64,000 nucleotides of DNA from an uncultured delta proteobacterium (GCA_963803975.1 CAWDOY010000039.1:22721-86720), one strand, 5' to 3'. Positions 20,752 to 32,229 are shown, counted from the stretch's first letter. The notes: generated from the sequence alone by a model not told the origin. Numbers and translations are program-made.

Positions 20752-21958
20752 TCATGCCGTCTGATGCAGCGCGGTTTTTCCCTGGAGGAGAAACCGGATG
20801 CCTTCATCAAGCCCTTCCAGGGTCAGCTCAAACATGGGGAACAGCTCCCGTATCATGAGAATTGATTTTACCGAAGCCCAGCGTCGCGGCGGCAGCGGGT
20901 TGAGCCAGATCACGTCCCGGAAGGTGTCGCGCAGCCGCTGCAGCCAGACAATCCCCGGCGTATCATTATGATACCAGTAGTCCACTGCGCCGTTTACCCA
21001 GGTCAGCTCGGATGGCGCCATTTCGGCATCACCGACGATAATCACCTTGTAATCCGGCTCCACGGCTTTAAAAAAATCGAGCGTCGGGATGGTGCTGTCG
21101 CCCTCCATGTCGGTGCGCAAATCCTGGTAGATGCAGTTGTGAAAATAGAAGTGCCTGAACCTGCTGATCTGGGCTGCCGCTGCAGAGAAGAGCTGCTCGA
21201 CCATTTCTGAGTACGGGGTCATGGAGCCGCCGGTGTCCATAAAGAGAATCACCTTGGAGCCCTTCTTGACCCGGCCTTCCCATACCAGCTCAATCTCCCC
21301 GGCGTTTTTGCAGGTGGCGTCGATCGTGGCGTGAATATCGAGCTTGTCGCCCTCGCCCGCGGGCAGCAGCGAGCGCAGGTGCGACAGGGCCACCTTCATC
21401 TGGCGGGTGTCAAGCGTCCGGTCGCTCGAATAATTTTTAAACGCCCGGCGCTCTGCCACCTGCACGGCGCGTCTGGTTGCGCGAAATGCCCTGGCCGATG
21501 CGGATGCCTGCCGGGTTATATCCCCAGGCGCCCTGCGTTGACGTGCCGCTGGTGCCGATGGCCCGGCTGCCGCCGTAATCGCTTGAATAATCCCTGTCGT
21601 TGCGCTGCTCGATGAGCTGGCGCTCGAAATTTTTCAGGACTTCATCAAGGTCAAGCTCTTTAAGCTCTCTTTTTTCCTCATCAGTCAAGCGCAGGTCTCG
21701 CGTCTGGCGCAGGCAGGCAAGCACGCGCTCAAGAAGCTCATCAGTGGTCTCAATTCCGGCAAAGGTATCCAGAAACGCGACGTCATAGCGGTCGAAGTAG
21801 ATCTCACTTTTGACCAGGATGGAGCGCGCGACGTGGTAGAAGCGGGTCAGGCTGCAGTCGCTCAAATTCGCGGCAAGGGCCCGGTGCAGCGTCATCCACT
21901 CGTGCAGGGTGACCGGCACGCCCCTGGCCTTGAGGTTCAGGAAAAAATTAATAAACAC
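20752..21958 (-). CDS. CoxE-type vWA protein, MoxR partner (frameshift near 21470)
   Basis: GVPVTLHEW, IGTSGTS..GAWG, DTGGSM, FYFHNCIY, VGDAEMAPSEL, WLNP. Confidence 0.85.
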
Positions 21959-22811
21959 GCCGCGACCTCTTGCTGGTTGAATAGGAATAGTGGGGGTCTG
22001 CGGAGTTGTTCACCAGGTCCTGGTCCTCTTTTTTCTTTAAAAGCGTGCCCACAAACGGCAGCTCCTTTTCAATTTTGGCGGACGGCACGCCGCCGATAAT
22101 CAGTGCCTGCAGCCAGTCAAGCAGCTCGCTCGTCGAGGGCTTTTTGCGCAGCAGGTCAAACTGACGGATCCAGTAGAACTTCTTCAAGGCTTCTCGCAGC
22201 AGCCGCGTCTCAAGAGCGGGGAAATGCACAGCCACGATCTCTTCCATCAGCTGCTGGTCCGGGAATTCGATATAGTGAAAAACGCAGCGGCGCAGGAACG
22301 GGTCGGGAAGCTCTTTTTCGCTGTTGGAGGTGATGATGACAATCGGCCGGTGTTTGGCTGCAATGGTCTCCCCGGTCTCCGGGATATAGAAGCTCATCTC
22401 GTCCAGCTCGTTCAACAGGTCATTGGGGAATTCAAGCTCTGCCTTGTCTATCTCGTCAATGATAAGCACCACCTGCTCTGAAGAGGCAAACGCCTCGCCC
22501 AGCTTGCCGAGCCTGATGTACTGGCTGATGTCAGAGACATCACGGTCGCCGAAGCGCGCGTCATTCAGGCGCTTGACCGTGTCATACAGATAGAGCCCTT
22601 CCTGGGCCTTGGTGGTTGACTTGATGTTCCAGGTGTAGAGCTTTTTCCCCAGGCCCTTGGCAATTGCCTGAGCCAGCAGGGTTTTCCCGGTGCCCGGCTC
22701 GCCTTTAACAACCAGCGGCCGTCCCAGGGCAATGGAAACATTGACGCTGTCCCGCAGCTCAGCTGAGATGACATAGGTGTCGGTTCCTTTAAAATAGTCC
22801 ATGGCTTTCAT
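21948..22811 (-). CDS. MoxR-family AAA+ ATPase
   Basis: GEPGTGKT, IDEIDKA, FPNDLL, ELPDPFLRRC. Confidence 0.9.
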   Translation of the reverse strand: MKAMDYFKGTDTYVISAELRDSVNVSIALGRPLVVKGEPGTGKTLLAQAIAKGLGKKLYTWNIKSTTKAQEGLYLYDTVKRLNDARFGDRDVSDISQYIRLGKLGEAFASSEQVVLIIDEIDKAELEFPNDLLNELDEMSFYIPETGETIAAKHRPIVIITSNSEKELPDPFLRRCVFHYIEFPDQQLMEEIVAVHFPALETRLLREALKKFYWIRQFDLLRKKPSTSELLDWLQALIIGGVPSAKIEKELPFVGTLLKKKEDQDLVNNSADPHYSYSTSKRSRRVY

Positions 22812-22904
22812 TCCTTCCTTCTGTCCGGATGAGAGATTGTCAGCAGTGTGTGAGGCTGCAAAGAGATGCAAGTATAGAAAATCCCGGGCCGGGTGTCAAA
22901 AGGA

Positions 22905-23008
22905 AAGAACTGGGAACAGGGTCTGGGGGTTAGTGGTTGGGGATTAGTGATTGGAGATTGTCGGCATGCGCACTGTGAAAATTAGTGACCAGTGAGCCGT
23001 GTCTCGTG
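22905..23008 (+). repeat. 7-nt-period degenerate arrays
   Basis: G-rich array, then GTGACCA GTGAGCC GTGTCTC (22985-23005). Confidence 0.5.
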
Positions 23009-23163
23009 TAATAAAACGAAAAATTACATGGAGGTAAAGATTGAAGAAATTTATTTAATTGTAATAACTTAGATTGAATATGACAGCAGTATAGCACTGA
23101 ATAGCTTTGCTCAATGCAGCCCCCGCTTTAAATTCAGCAAAAGCAACAAGGCTATAAATACTA

Positions 23164-23769
23164 TTATGACATAACCTTAAAATACCCCAGCTTTTCTTCA
23201 AGCCTTTTGCCCTGCTCATTGAGGTCATTCATTCTTTTGTTTAACTCATCAGTTGATAAATGATTGACCGTATCTTTACAGTTTAAAATTGATTTATTTA
23301 AATGTGCCTGCGCCTCCTGGATTGCAGCCAGCTTTTCCCTGAGACTTGCAAGCATTTGATTGATATTATCCGTTTCTCTATACAGGTAATCATATTTTCG
23401 GAGCTGGATGGGAGCCGGCACGACACCCTCTTTAATTGCCTTAAAAATAAGATTGAAGCGATAGATCGGCCCGGTTATTCTGTGAGAGATGAAAATGGAG
23501 TGGCAACCCACAGCAACAAGGGACAATAATAATGCAAGCCAGGATTTCTTAAACAGGTACAGGATCTGGTTTGCTGCAATGAGCACATTGTCTGAAGATA
23601 TGCTTGATTTATCCAGTTCTATCAGCAGCGAGGTAAACAAAAACAGCCCCACAACAGCACAGAAGAGAAGCACGTAACTAAATGATATGAGCATAAGTGC
23701 TAATTGCAATTTTCCATAGACAATATATTTTCTTCTTTTAAAAATTCCGGGCATCAGATTTTTTAACAT
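23164..23769 (-). CDS. two-TM HAMP/methyl-accepting-like protein
   Basis: KRRKY..., two TM helices, SHRITGPIYRF, LRKYD, C-terminal coiled coil. Confidence 0.75.
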   Translation of the reverse strand: MLKNLMPGIFKRRKYIVYGKLQLALMLISFSYVLLFCAVVGLFLFTSLLIELDKSSISSDNVLIAANQILYLFKKSWLALLLSLVAVGCHSIFISHRITGPIYRFNLIFKAIKEGVVPAPIQLRKYDYLYRETDNINQMLASLREKLAAIQEAQAHLNKSILNCKDTVNHLSTDELNKRMNDLNEQGKRLEEKLGYFKVMS

Positions 23770-24108
23770 TTGATTTCCTCCAGATAACCTCTACAAAACC
23801 ATAGGGGACCCATTAAAGGTTCCTTGTCAAGAGAATAGTCTTCCCCTGTGACAAAAAGCTCTACTGTTTTGCCTTGGGAAAACCATCGTGCAGCAAGGCA
23901 GTCTCCGTTTTTTCTCCCGTTATTTCTTTTATTCTGTAGATAACGGAATAACCATTCCGTTCCAGTCACCCATCTGGCTCAAGGCAGATACAATAATTCC
24001 CGCACGTAAAGTCATTTTTACCCCCGCCCCAGATATATCCCCGAGGGGAGATCTGCGTTTGTAGGGCAACTATGAAAGCCTGTTTTTTCTAAAACCTGCT
24101 TTTTAACA

Positions 24109-25599
24109 TCAGAAAAGAATTCCCCTCGGTGCAGCAAGCTTTGGACCATACAGCATTTTCTGACCATAGACCTGTAATTTATAGTAGTAGGTTATGTTAC
24201 GCTTCACTTGTTCATCGTCAAATGTGTACAATGCCCCCTTAGCGGAAGAGCCCTTGGCCTTGATAAGCTCATTATTAATTTTCACATATGTTCCATCAAT
24301 TGTTTCTGAACGGTATATATTAAAGCCCTTATTCTTGTTTTCATTTTTAGTAACCCACAACAGGGTCACTTTTGAACGGCGAGGTAGTGCAAAAAAAGAG
24401 CGCATTTCAATAACAGGCTCAAAAAGTTTATTCTCATAGAAATACACTTCGTTTTCTGTTGAACCAGTGACAACCAGATCAAGATCACCATCCCCGTCAA
24501 AATCACTTAAAGAATTATCTCCTGGTCCTTTCACCGTATCGTCAATAATATGTTCAGTAAAATTCATCCTGCCATTTATCATGCTCCCTTCGAGCCAGGA
24601 TATTTTTGAGAGCGCTGTGCCGCCAGTCATGGGGAAGGATGATACAACTATGTCAGGTATGCCGTCAGCATTTATGTCACCGGTGGATAAATCCATACCA
24701 GCAATGTTTTCTGCAAGTACATGTTTTGTCCATGTACCATTACTCTCTGATGGAGCCTCATACCAGAACACGGTGGGCACTGAAATATTAGTCGCTATCA
24801 CATCTTTTTTACCGTCGCCGGTAATATCAAGACAGAAGGAATCAAAGGTTCCTGAAACACTATCAATAGCGTTTCTCTTAAACACAAAAGATGCATTGTT
24901 ATATGCAACATCAATATATTCAATGTTACCAGAGAGCGCGTTTGAGCTCAAAATATCAACGTTTCCATCACCGTTAATGTCATCAAGGTTAATATATACG
25001 CCGGTTCCATCTGCTAACGAATGCTGTTCCCATGTAGCATTAACACTGTCAGGATTTCCAGGATTAAGAAAAATGACAGCTCGCTTATAACCTCCAGCTA
25101 TTATGTCTTGAAAGCCATCATTATTGAAATCAAACAAAAGTATTGTTGCAAAGGAGTTCCCTGCATCCTCTTCTATCTGAAAGCGCTGCCATATCCCGCT
25201 TGAGGCATCCACAGGTGCTTTGTACCAGTATATAGTCCCTGCAAGCGTTGCCACTGCCACATCTATACGCCCATCGTTATCAATGTCTCCTGCAGTAATA
25301 CCGTTAGCGTTCTTAACTGTATCTTCCATGGGGTCATGTGCGTTAATAAGTATTTTATCCCATGCAGCGCCACCGCCATTGTTGCGAAACCAGGCAATTT
25401 CTGAATTATATTCACCCGGGTGATAGTCGGTTGTTGTCAATACATCAAAGTCTCCATCCCCATCAATATCCTCTACATAGAGATACGCCGGGTGGAGTTG
25501 ATACATGCTTTGTTTTTTCCACCCATCTGAAATCCCACCATATGCAATTGAAACAAAAAAGCATATTGCAGTTTGTAAAAGAAAAATTTTCTTTATCAT
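24109..25599 (-). CDS. exported FG-GAP/VCBS repeat protein with a C-terminal FN3-like domain
   Basis: signal peptide; repeated DIDGDGDFD/DFNNDG motifs; VTLLWVT..E.KNKGFNIYRS...YYYKL. Confidence 0.8.
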   Translation of the reverse strand: MIKKIFLLQTAICFFVSIAYGGISDGWKKQSMYQLHPAYLYVEDIDGDGDFDVLTTTDYHPGEYNSEIAWFRNNGGGAAWDKILINAHDPMEDTVKNANGITAGDIDNDGRIDVAVATLAGTIYWYKAPVDASSGIWQRFQIEEDAGNSFATILLFDFNNDGFQDIIAGGYKRAVIFLNPGNPDSVNATWEQHSLADGTGVYINLDDINGDGNVDILSSNALSGNIEYIDVAYNNASFVFKRNAIDSVSGTFDSFCLDITGDGKKDVIATNISVPTVFWYEAPSESNGTWTKHVLAENIAGMDLSTGDINADGIPDIVVSSFPMTGGTALSKISWLEGSMINGRMNFTEHIIDDTVKGPGDNSLSDFDGDGDLDLVVTGSTENEVYFYENKLFEPVIEMRSFFALPRRSKVTLLWVTKNENKNKGFNIYRSETIDGTYVKINNELIKAKGSSAKGALYTFDDEQVKRNITYYYKLQVYGQKMLYGPKLAAPRGILF

Positions 25600-25644
25600 A
25601 TCGTTTGCCTCCTCGTCTTGCAAAACCTTCTAACCTTAATATCA

Positions 25645-27901
25645 TTACTGAGGGAGAATACCCCAGATAAGACGTGGGGTGGCAACAGCAGGGCCGTACT
25701 TTCTGGTCCGTACCGGATTCTTCACCGCTTCCACCATATAAAAATATTTTGTCCCGTTCTCAAGGTTTTTATCTATAAACTGGTAGCGCTTTAAACTTCC
25801 ACTACCTCCCTGTGGTGGAATCAGTTCATCATTTATTTTCTCATACTCTCCATCAGCGCTGCTTGCCCGATAGACATTAAATCCCTTGTTGCCAGCCTCA
25901 TTACTCGTTACCCAGGTAAGTTTTACGGCGCTGTTGCGTGGCGCTGCACGAAAGAAGTTAAGGTCAATAATGTCCGGCAGATTGATTGCTTCAATTATTG
26001 CTTTGGCTCCTGCTTCCACAAGCAATTCCCTGCCCACCCCCTGGTTATTGCCAAGAAACGTACCGCATAGTATGACCCTGGTTGGTTTTTCCTTACTTCC
26101 CTTATAAACCGGGGAGTTGCTGCTGCAGGTCTTCGGATCCTTTAAACATCCGGGAGGACCGGGCCAGCCAGTCCCATCAAACACCTTCACCGTAAAACCC
26201 TCTTCATCAATATCAGCAGGGTTATACTTTGTGCCATCTGCATCAGCTTTATCACGTGCATAACTATTCTGACTGAATATATTATTACCTAAAGCCTCCT
26301 CCCGTGTCCCCCACCAAACATCGGTATCATCAGTAAAAAAATAGCCGTGGAGCACTATGATAGTATCAAAATTACTAATCCCGTTATCTATTGTTTCTCC
26401 CAAAGCATTAACATACGTACCATTAATTGATGTATCTATTGTTTCCCCTACACTTATTACATTGCCAAATGGCTTATCAGTACCCGGCGGGTCAAAGGTG
26501 GACCCTTCTGAATATTTAAATGGGGCGGTAACCAGTTCAAATTTACCATCCCACGAAAAATTATCTTTAATCCTTTTGCGTGCTCTGGTCACTACATCAT
26601 CTGCCATCCGGTAATAACAATCACAGGCCTGGGCATTCTTATAGCCATTATAATAGCCGTATTGCGCAAGAATAACCTTCAATGAGCTATCCTTTGAAAT
26701 ATTATATTTACTGATTGTATACTCAAGCATCGCAAGCACTGCAGATTCATACTCTTCAAAATTGCCAAAGGCACGGGTAAATCTTAAATCTATAGTCGCT
26801 TTATTGGTTTCAGCAAAATATTTTGCCAAGGGTAACGGATGTTTCCAGTGCTTTTCCCATGGCTTGTTTGAGAGATAGGCATTCAGATCTTCTGTCGCAG
26901 CTGGACCTGCCCCGTCGTTTATATCTTCAACGCACTCCTTGAACGTCTTCCCAGGCACATTGCTTATTCCCGCATCGTTGTTGTCATACCAGTCGTGTCC
27001 ATATTGGGTTAGATTTGCATGAAGAACCTCTGGAAATGAAACAATAATTTTTTCCACCTGCTCTTTATTAATAAGCTCATCAATAGCTGTCTCTATACTG
27101 TCAGGCCACTTTTGGGGCTTCCCATAGATATCTACATTTTCACGATAGGTATCCCATGCACGGCGGTATACAAACCGATACTGTGGCATTAATTCCTGCA
27201 GTCGATCTTTGATGTTGAGCAGTTCCGGGTCGTCAGGGGGATAATCCGGCGCATCATTCCCGAACCACCATTTTTCAAGCTGTTTTCTGTAGGGAATTTT
27301 ATTGTTTGGCTCCCGCGAATATAATTCCATCAAAGAGAAACCGTCTAATTCCAGAAAATCCGCAATCCCGATTCCGGTCTCCGGCAGGGTCATCCACATG
27401 AGGCCCCCATATCTTTGCCCCGGTCTTTGGATCAATGGTGCTGTGGCCAAATGCCAAGGGAGCCCAGGGAATCGGAATACCAGCTGCAAAACAGTCATCC
27501 TCAAAATCTGCAATACCATTGCCACTCGCATCTTGCAGGTGATCAATCAGTGTATGTATCGGGTAGGAGCCGGCATACTGGTTGCAGAAAACATCTATGG
27601 TCGTTCCCTCGTCCACGCCGCAGATGGCAGCCTCAGCTTCATTTGCATAGTGGATGAGGGTGTAACAGGTCTTTCCCTCAAGCGGCCCGCCGGCAAAAAA
27701 TCCCGGATCAAAAAAATCAAATAATCCATTGAAGTATTGTGGAATCCAGTCAGGCGCGTATTCATCAGCGGTACCGGCATGAAGAAATAATATCCCAATA
27801 TTCTTTTTCTGTGCACTGTCAGCTGATGAAGTCACACATAAGAAAGCAGCGCACAGCAGAAGCATTGCTAATGACCGCTTTACCGTTTTTTTGTTAAACA
27901 T
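25645..27901 (-). CDS. exported protein with a ferrochelatase-like core and a C-terminal FN3-like domain (frameshift near 27375)
   Basis: signal peptide; IGILFLHAGT, PDSIETAIDEL...VEKIIV, LRFTRAF, VILAQYG; same C-terminal domain as the downstream gene; chelatase resemblance judged by eye. Confidence 0.6.
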
Positions 27902-28184
27902 ATTTCCACTCTTTTTTTGGTATTATTTTTACAATAAAAAAACTCCACCAGCGCCCAGGCCGATAGAGGTCAATTTTAATCTTTCTTGAAATTATCTGCA
28001 GCAGTATTCCTGACCATAGGATACCTCTGATCATTGTGATTAAATAATACGCATCTTATGAAAGAAATTCAACTATAATCTTTACCCAATTTATTATAAT
28101 TATAAGCAAGACTACTAAGCGGATATAGTGTGGTGGGCATTAAACGCGTATTTTTTTGTATCTTCATGCTCCCGCGGATGGCTA

Positions 28185-29225
28185 TTATCTGTGCCCGGCC
28201 ATGTACGCCTCGCGTGCGGCGTAATACTGTTTTCCTGCTTCACGGATGCGCTCCCGGATGGGCAGCTCATAGGGGCAGCGTTTTTCACATTCGCCGCAGT
28301 CGATACAGTCGGGGATCTTCTGCATGAATTTATCCCACTCGCCTTTGAATATGCGCTCAGGGTCAAAGCGGGTGAGCGCCACCGGGGTGTACATGATGGC
28401 TGATATCAGGATCTGCTGCGGGCAGGGCTGGCAATAGTTGCACATCCGGCAGAATCCGCTGCCAAGCTCTTTGCGGATGCGCTCCATGTCCTTCAGCTCC
28501 TCCGCGGTAAGCGGTTCAGCTGCTTCAACAATCCGTATTACCTCTGCCATTTCTCCCGGCCGGGCAATGCCGATAAGCGTTAGCGTATCCGTGAACTGCT
28601 GCAGGTACTTAAAGGCGAGCACCGGTTTTTCAAGCATGCCCCCGGCCATGGGCTTCATGATGATTATGCCGATGTCACGCTCGCGCGCCAGCGGTATGAG
28701 CTCTTCTGCTGCCTCGGTGTTGACAAAGTTAAGCCCTATCATGACGGTTTCAAAGCAGTCAGTGAGAAGCGCCTCTTTGGCCACTGAAAGGCGGTGTGAG
28801 GTGATGCCGATGTGCCGCACTTTTCCGGCATCGCGGGCCTTGCGCACGACCTCGTAGGGCCCTCCGGGGGCAAACACTGCCTGCAGGTTTTCTTCAGAGC
28901 TTACATTGTGAAACTGATACAGGTCAACATAGTCGGTCCGCAGGTTTTTCAGGCTGGTCTCAAGATCAGCCGCAACCGCTTCCCCGGTGCGCGAGGCTGA
29001 CTTGGTAGCAAGCACCAGATCCTCTCTCCGGCCGGCGATGGCTTTCCCGATGCGCTCTTCGCTATTGGTGTACATGCGCGAGGTGTCAATAAAGTTTATT
29101 CCCAGGTCAAGGCTCTCCTGCACGAGGCGTATTGCCGTTTCCTCGGGCGGGGTCTGAATGGGTATGCCGCCAAAACCTATTTTAGTAACCTTTAAACCGG
29201 TCTTACCCAGCCGGATTTTTTCCAT
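28185..29225 (-). CDS. aldo/keto reductase with C-terminal 4Fe-4S dicluster
   Basis: GFGGIPIQ, IDTSRMY, DLYQFH, CRMCNYCQPCP, CIDCGECEKRCP. Confidence 0.9.
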   Translation of the reverse strand: MEKIRLGKTGLKVTKIGFGGIPIQTPPEETAIRLVQESLDLGINFIDTSRMYTNSEERIGKAIAGRREDLVLATKSASRTGEAVAADLETSLKNLRTDYVDLYQFHNVSSEENLQAVFAPGGPYEVVRKARDAGKVRHIGITSHRLSVAKEALLTDCFETVMIGLNFVNTEAAEELIPLARERDIGIIIMKPMAGGMLEKPVLAFKYLQQFTDTLTLIGIARPGEMAEVIRIVEAAEPLTAEELKDMERIRKELGSGFCRMCNYCQPCPQQILISAIMYTPVALTRFDPERIFKGEWDKFMQKIPDCIDCGECEKRCPYELPIRERIREAGKQYYAAREAYMAGHR

Positions 29226-29264
29226 GAATGTATGCCTCCTGATATAATGAGCGGGCTGCGCCTG

Positions 29265-29651
29265 TTACCGTTGTTTTTTTCGCCGGATACGGAGCCTGTC
29301 CAGATTAAGCTGTGCTTCGGCAACACCATTCTGCGCCTTGCCGAACACCTCGCTCATGACCGTGAATACCTTTTCCAGTTCACCGCACACGTAATCAGCA
29401 CAGTCCGCACAGGTTTCAAGCCCCTTCTCCCGGCAGCAGCGCCGGATTTCACACATGCTGCAGTAGCCGAGATGCTCACCGTCTTCAAGACAGCCGACGC
29501 AATTGATCCGCTCCGGAGGGATCTCCATGCCGTAGAACTCCGACTGCTCGGCTGCGTAACTGCGCCGCAGCTCATCATTGTTTTCTATGGTGGCGATGTA
29601 AGCGGGGCACTTTGAGCACTCGACCCCGCAATAGCCAAGCATGTATTTCAT
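29265..29651 (-). CDS. DUF3795 Cys-rich protein
   Basis: YCGVECSKCPAY, CVGC, CEIRRCC, CADC. Confidence 0.85.
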   Translation of the reverse strand: MKYMLGYCGVECSKCPAYIATIENNDELRRSYAAEQSEFYGMEIPPERINCVGCLEDGEHLGYCSMCEIRRCCREKGLETCADCADYVCGELEKVFTVMSEVFGKAQNGVAEAQLNLDRLRIRRKKQR

Positions 29652-29685
29652 ACGTACAACTCCTTCTGGTATTGTGAGTATTGGG

Positions 29686-30045
29686 TTAAAACCCCGGACG
29701 CGGCGTCAGGGAGACCGATAGAACCCAGCTCACAATACTGATGAGAATCGATCCTAAAATTCCTCCCCCCAAACCGCTGATATAAAACCCCGGCACAATA
29801 AACGAAACCAGCCCCAGCAGCAGTCCATTCAGAATCAGCAGAAAGAATCCAAAGGTTACCACGGTCAGGGGCAGCGTCAGGAAAATAAGGATGGGCCGGA
29901 TTACAGCATTAATTATTCCGAGGATGAAAGACGCGACAAGAGCTGCTGCAAAACCATCCACCCGCATGATCCCCGGGAAGAGATACGCGATGATCATCAT
30001 AGCAACCATATTTATTATAACGCGGGCTATAAACATAACAGACAT
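29686..30045 (-). CDS. YvlD/DUF360 'phage holin 4'-family membrane protein
   Basis: NAVIRPILIFLTLPLTVVTFGFFLLILNG. Confidence 0.85.
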   Translation of the reverse strand: MSVMFIARVIINMVAMMIIAYLFPGIMRVDGFAAALVASFILGIINAVIRPILIFLTLPLTVVTFGFFLLILNGLLLGLVSFIVPGFYISGLGGGILGSILISIVSWVLSVSLTPRPGF

Positions 30046-30164
30046 ACCCTCTTTCAGACCGGGAAAAACAACTTTTTCAACAAACTGCTTTGCATGTTTC
30101 CCGGGTTAATGTGTTGGCTTCCCTGCATCAGGCCGCGGGGAAGCCAAGGAGCGCGGTCAATGCA

Positions 30165-30731
30165 TTATTCCCAGGGGCAGTTCCATGAATCAGGATTTAC
30201 TCCGGGAGCTGTCCACAGGGCACGCTTGATCCCCTTAACCATGTTAAAATACTGCATCATTTCAGGAACGATTTTGGTAACAATGAGAAAGTCCGGAATT
30301 ACTGTCTGACCAAAATCAGCCAACTGCCTCTCCACATGCAACAGTTCGCACCCGCGCTGCCACTCTTCATCACCTTTATGAAAGACCTGCGCATTTCCCC
30401 ACATCCGCAGGCCGCGGGTTGATTTGTAGCCGAAGTAGGGAGAGATAAGGCCCACACTGCAGCGCGCGTTGCGCTCAATAAACATCTTCTTCCACTCTAT
30501 CACCTTATTCTTTTCCCCTGCGTGATAGAACGTATGGCTCATGCCTTCGGACACCACATAAAGGGTTGCTCCATCATTGCGATATTCAACCGGGATGGCC
30601 CGGGGCACATTATTATAGGCCAGGGCGAGAGTACAGATGTTATTTATTTCAAGATATTCAACAATTTCCCGGTACAGCTCTTCCTGAGTGAGTGTTTTTT
30701 TCGCTACAGCTTTTTTTTCAGGTTCTGCCAT
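30165..30731 (-). CDS. pyridoxamine 5'-phosphate oxidase-like split-barrel protein
   Basis: CTLAL...PRAIPVEY, K..FIERNARCSV, GLRMWGNA. Confidence 0.7.
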   Translation of the reverse strand: MAEPEKKAVAKKTLTQEELYREIVEYLEINNICTLALAYNNVPRAIPVEYRNDGATLYVVSEGMSHTFYHAGEKNKVIEWKKMFIERNARCSVGLISPYFGYKSTRGLRMWGNAQVFHKGDEEWQRGCELLHVERQLADFGQTVIPDFLIVTKIVPEMMQYFNMVKGIKRALWTAPGVNPDSWNCPWE

Positions 30732-30875
30732 GCTCTTCTCCAATGCTTTTCTTGTGGATAGTTTCCCGGTTGCCTGGGCTTTTTTGAAACAGGATTAATC
30801 CCTGCTGCATACTAACGGCATATATAATAATTATACGGGCGAGAGAGGGGGAGTCAAGGAGATAGTTGGAGGAAA

Positions 30876-30903
30876 GTGAAACGTGGCAGGTGTAACGTGA
30901 AAA
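30876..30903 (+). repeat. 7-nt-period array
   Basis: GTGAAAC GTGGCAG GTGTAAC GTGAAAA. Confidence 0.6.
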
Positions 30904-30922
30904 AGGAAAAGCTGGAAGGTCT

Positions 30923-30974
30923 AAAAAACAGGCTTCAGGAGGCAGGGACTGTTGTCCCCGGTTCCTGAAGCCTG
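30923..30974 (-). terminator. terminator of the fdh operon
   Basis: caggcttcagga...tcctgaagcctg stem followed by a T run on the minus strand. Confidence 0.7.
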
Positions 30975-31013
30975 CGGACAGCACGATGCAAAAGGCTTTG
31001 TCGTGATGCGCTG

Positions 31014-32229
31014 CTATATCCTGGTTGCGGTTTCTTCAGAAACCGGGTGCTTCTCAACCCGCTGGAAGCGGTCAGGGATTTCGTAATCGACGGTCTCCGG
31101 GTGATGCTCGAAGATCGGGAAATACCGGGCAATCAGGGCGAAGAAGAGGATATGGGCAGCAATGATGCCTACCGTTACCACCGACTCCAGAAAAGAAGGA
31201 TAATAAGTCTGCTGGTTCTTCTGGATCATCCCGAACATGGAGACGTTGAAACGGTTCAGGATCAGGCCGAAGAAGACCACCATCGAGGCCGCGCGCAGCT
31301 GCAGCGCGCCATCGGTCCTGATGCGCTTGCCCATGAACAGTATCAGCGGCACTATGATGCCCAGCACTATCTCCGCCAGGAAAAGAACGGTGAGCACCGG
31401 CCGGTCAAAAAGCGGCCGCGCGCTCAGGAACGCCAGAGCATAGAGCTTCAGGCACAGGTAGATGGCCAAGGAACCAGGGGATGATCTTTGTCAGCGTCGC
31501 GAGCAGCTCGGTCTCATCCGGCTGCTTCAGGTAGCGGTGCACCAGGACGGCCTCCACGATAATTATGCACATGCCGGTGAAGACCGCTGAAATCCAGAAC
31601 AGAAGCGGCAGAATCGGGCTGTACCAGAGGTTATGCAGCTTGTCCACGGCGATGAGGAAAAAGGTGCCGATGGTCGACTGATGCAGGGTGGCAATGGATG
31701 CCCCGAGCACGATAAGCGGCACCTCGATGGTGCGCAGCACGCGCAGCGGAACATGCAAGCCGAACTTTTCGCACACCGGGGAAAGAAACTCAAGCAGCGC
31801 GACCGTCGTGTAGGACATGACGCACAGCGCTACTTCAAACATCGGTGAGTGTAAATTAGGATAGGCGAACACGTGCCACCCCCGCTGCGGCTGCCCCAGG
31901 TCAAGCAGCAGGCCGATGCACACCAGCGAGTAGCCGAGAAATCCCGTGACAATGGCAGGCCGGATCAGCGGCTCCAGCTTTTTAATGTGAAAGCAGTGAA
32001 CGATGGCCCCTAGCACAAAGGCCCCAGCTGCCAGGGGAACTGAGGTCACCACGTCAAAAGAGATCCAGAGCCCCCACGGGTAGGTGTCGCTCAGGTTCGT
32101 TGTAGCACCGAGACCAAAGATGAAGCGGGCAATACCGGCTGCTGCGCCAGCGCCGACGAGCAGTATGAGAAGTTTTAGAAACGGGTGGTAATTATCTACC
32201 TCCTGTCTGATTCTTTGTAACGCGGTCAT
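31014..32229 (-). CDS. NrfD/HybB-type membrane subunit (frameshift near 31470)
   Basis: TNLSDTYPWGLWISFD, DLGQP, SPMFEV, LHQSTIG, LNRFNV. Confidence 0.85.

Noticed and set aside
20752-22811. MoxR-vWA pair as a novel system
   Set aside because: A well-known, widespread chaperone pair; no client gene is evident
23780-24100. c-di-GMP riboswitch upstream of the HAMP gene
   Set aside because: Hairpins are present (about 24030-24055) but I could not find the GEMM consensus elements on either strand
24467-25090. Long antisense ORFs, e.g. 24467-25090, 58842-59792, 50441-51055
   Set aside because: Shadows of well-supported genes on the opposite strand
29686-30045. Prophage suggested by the 'holin' family gene
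   Set aside because: YvlD-type proteins are ordinary chromosomal membrane proteins; no phage genes nearby
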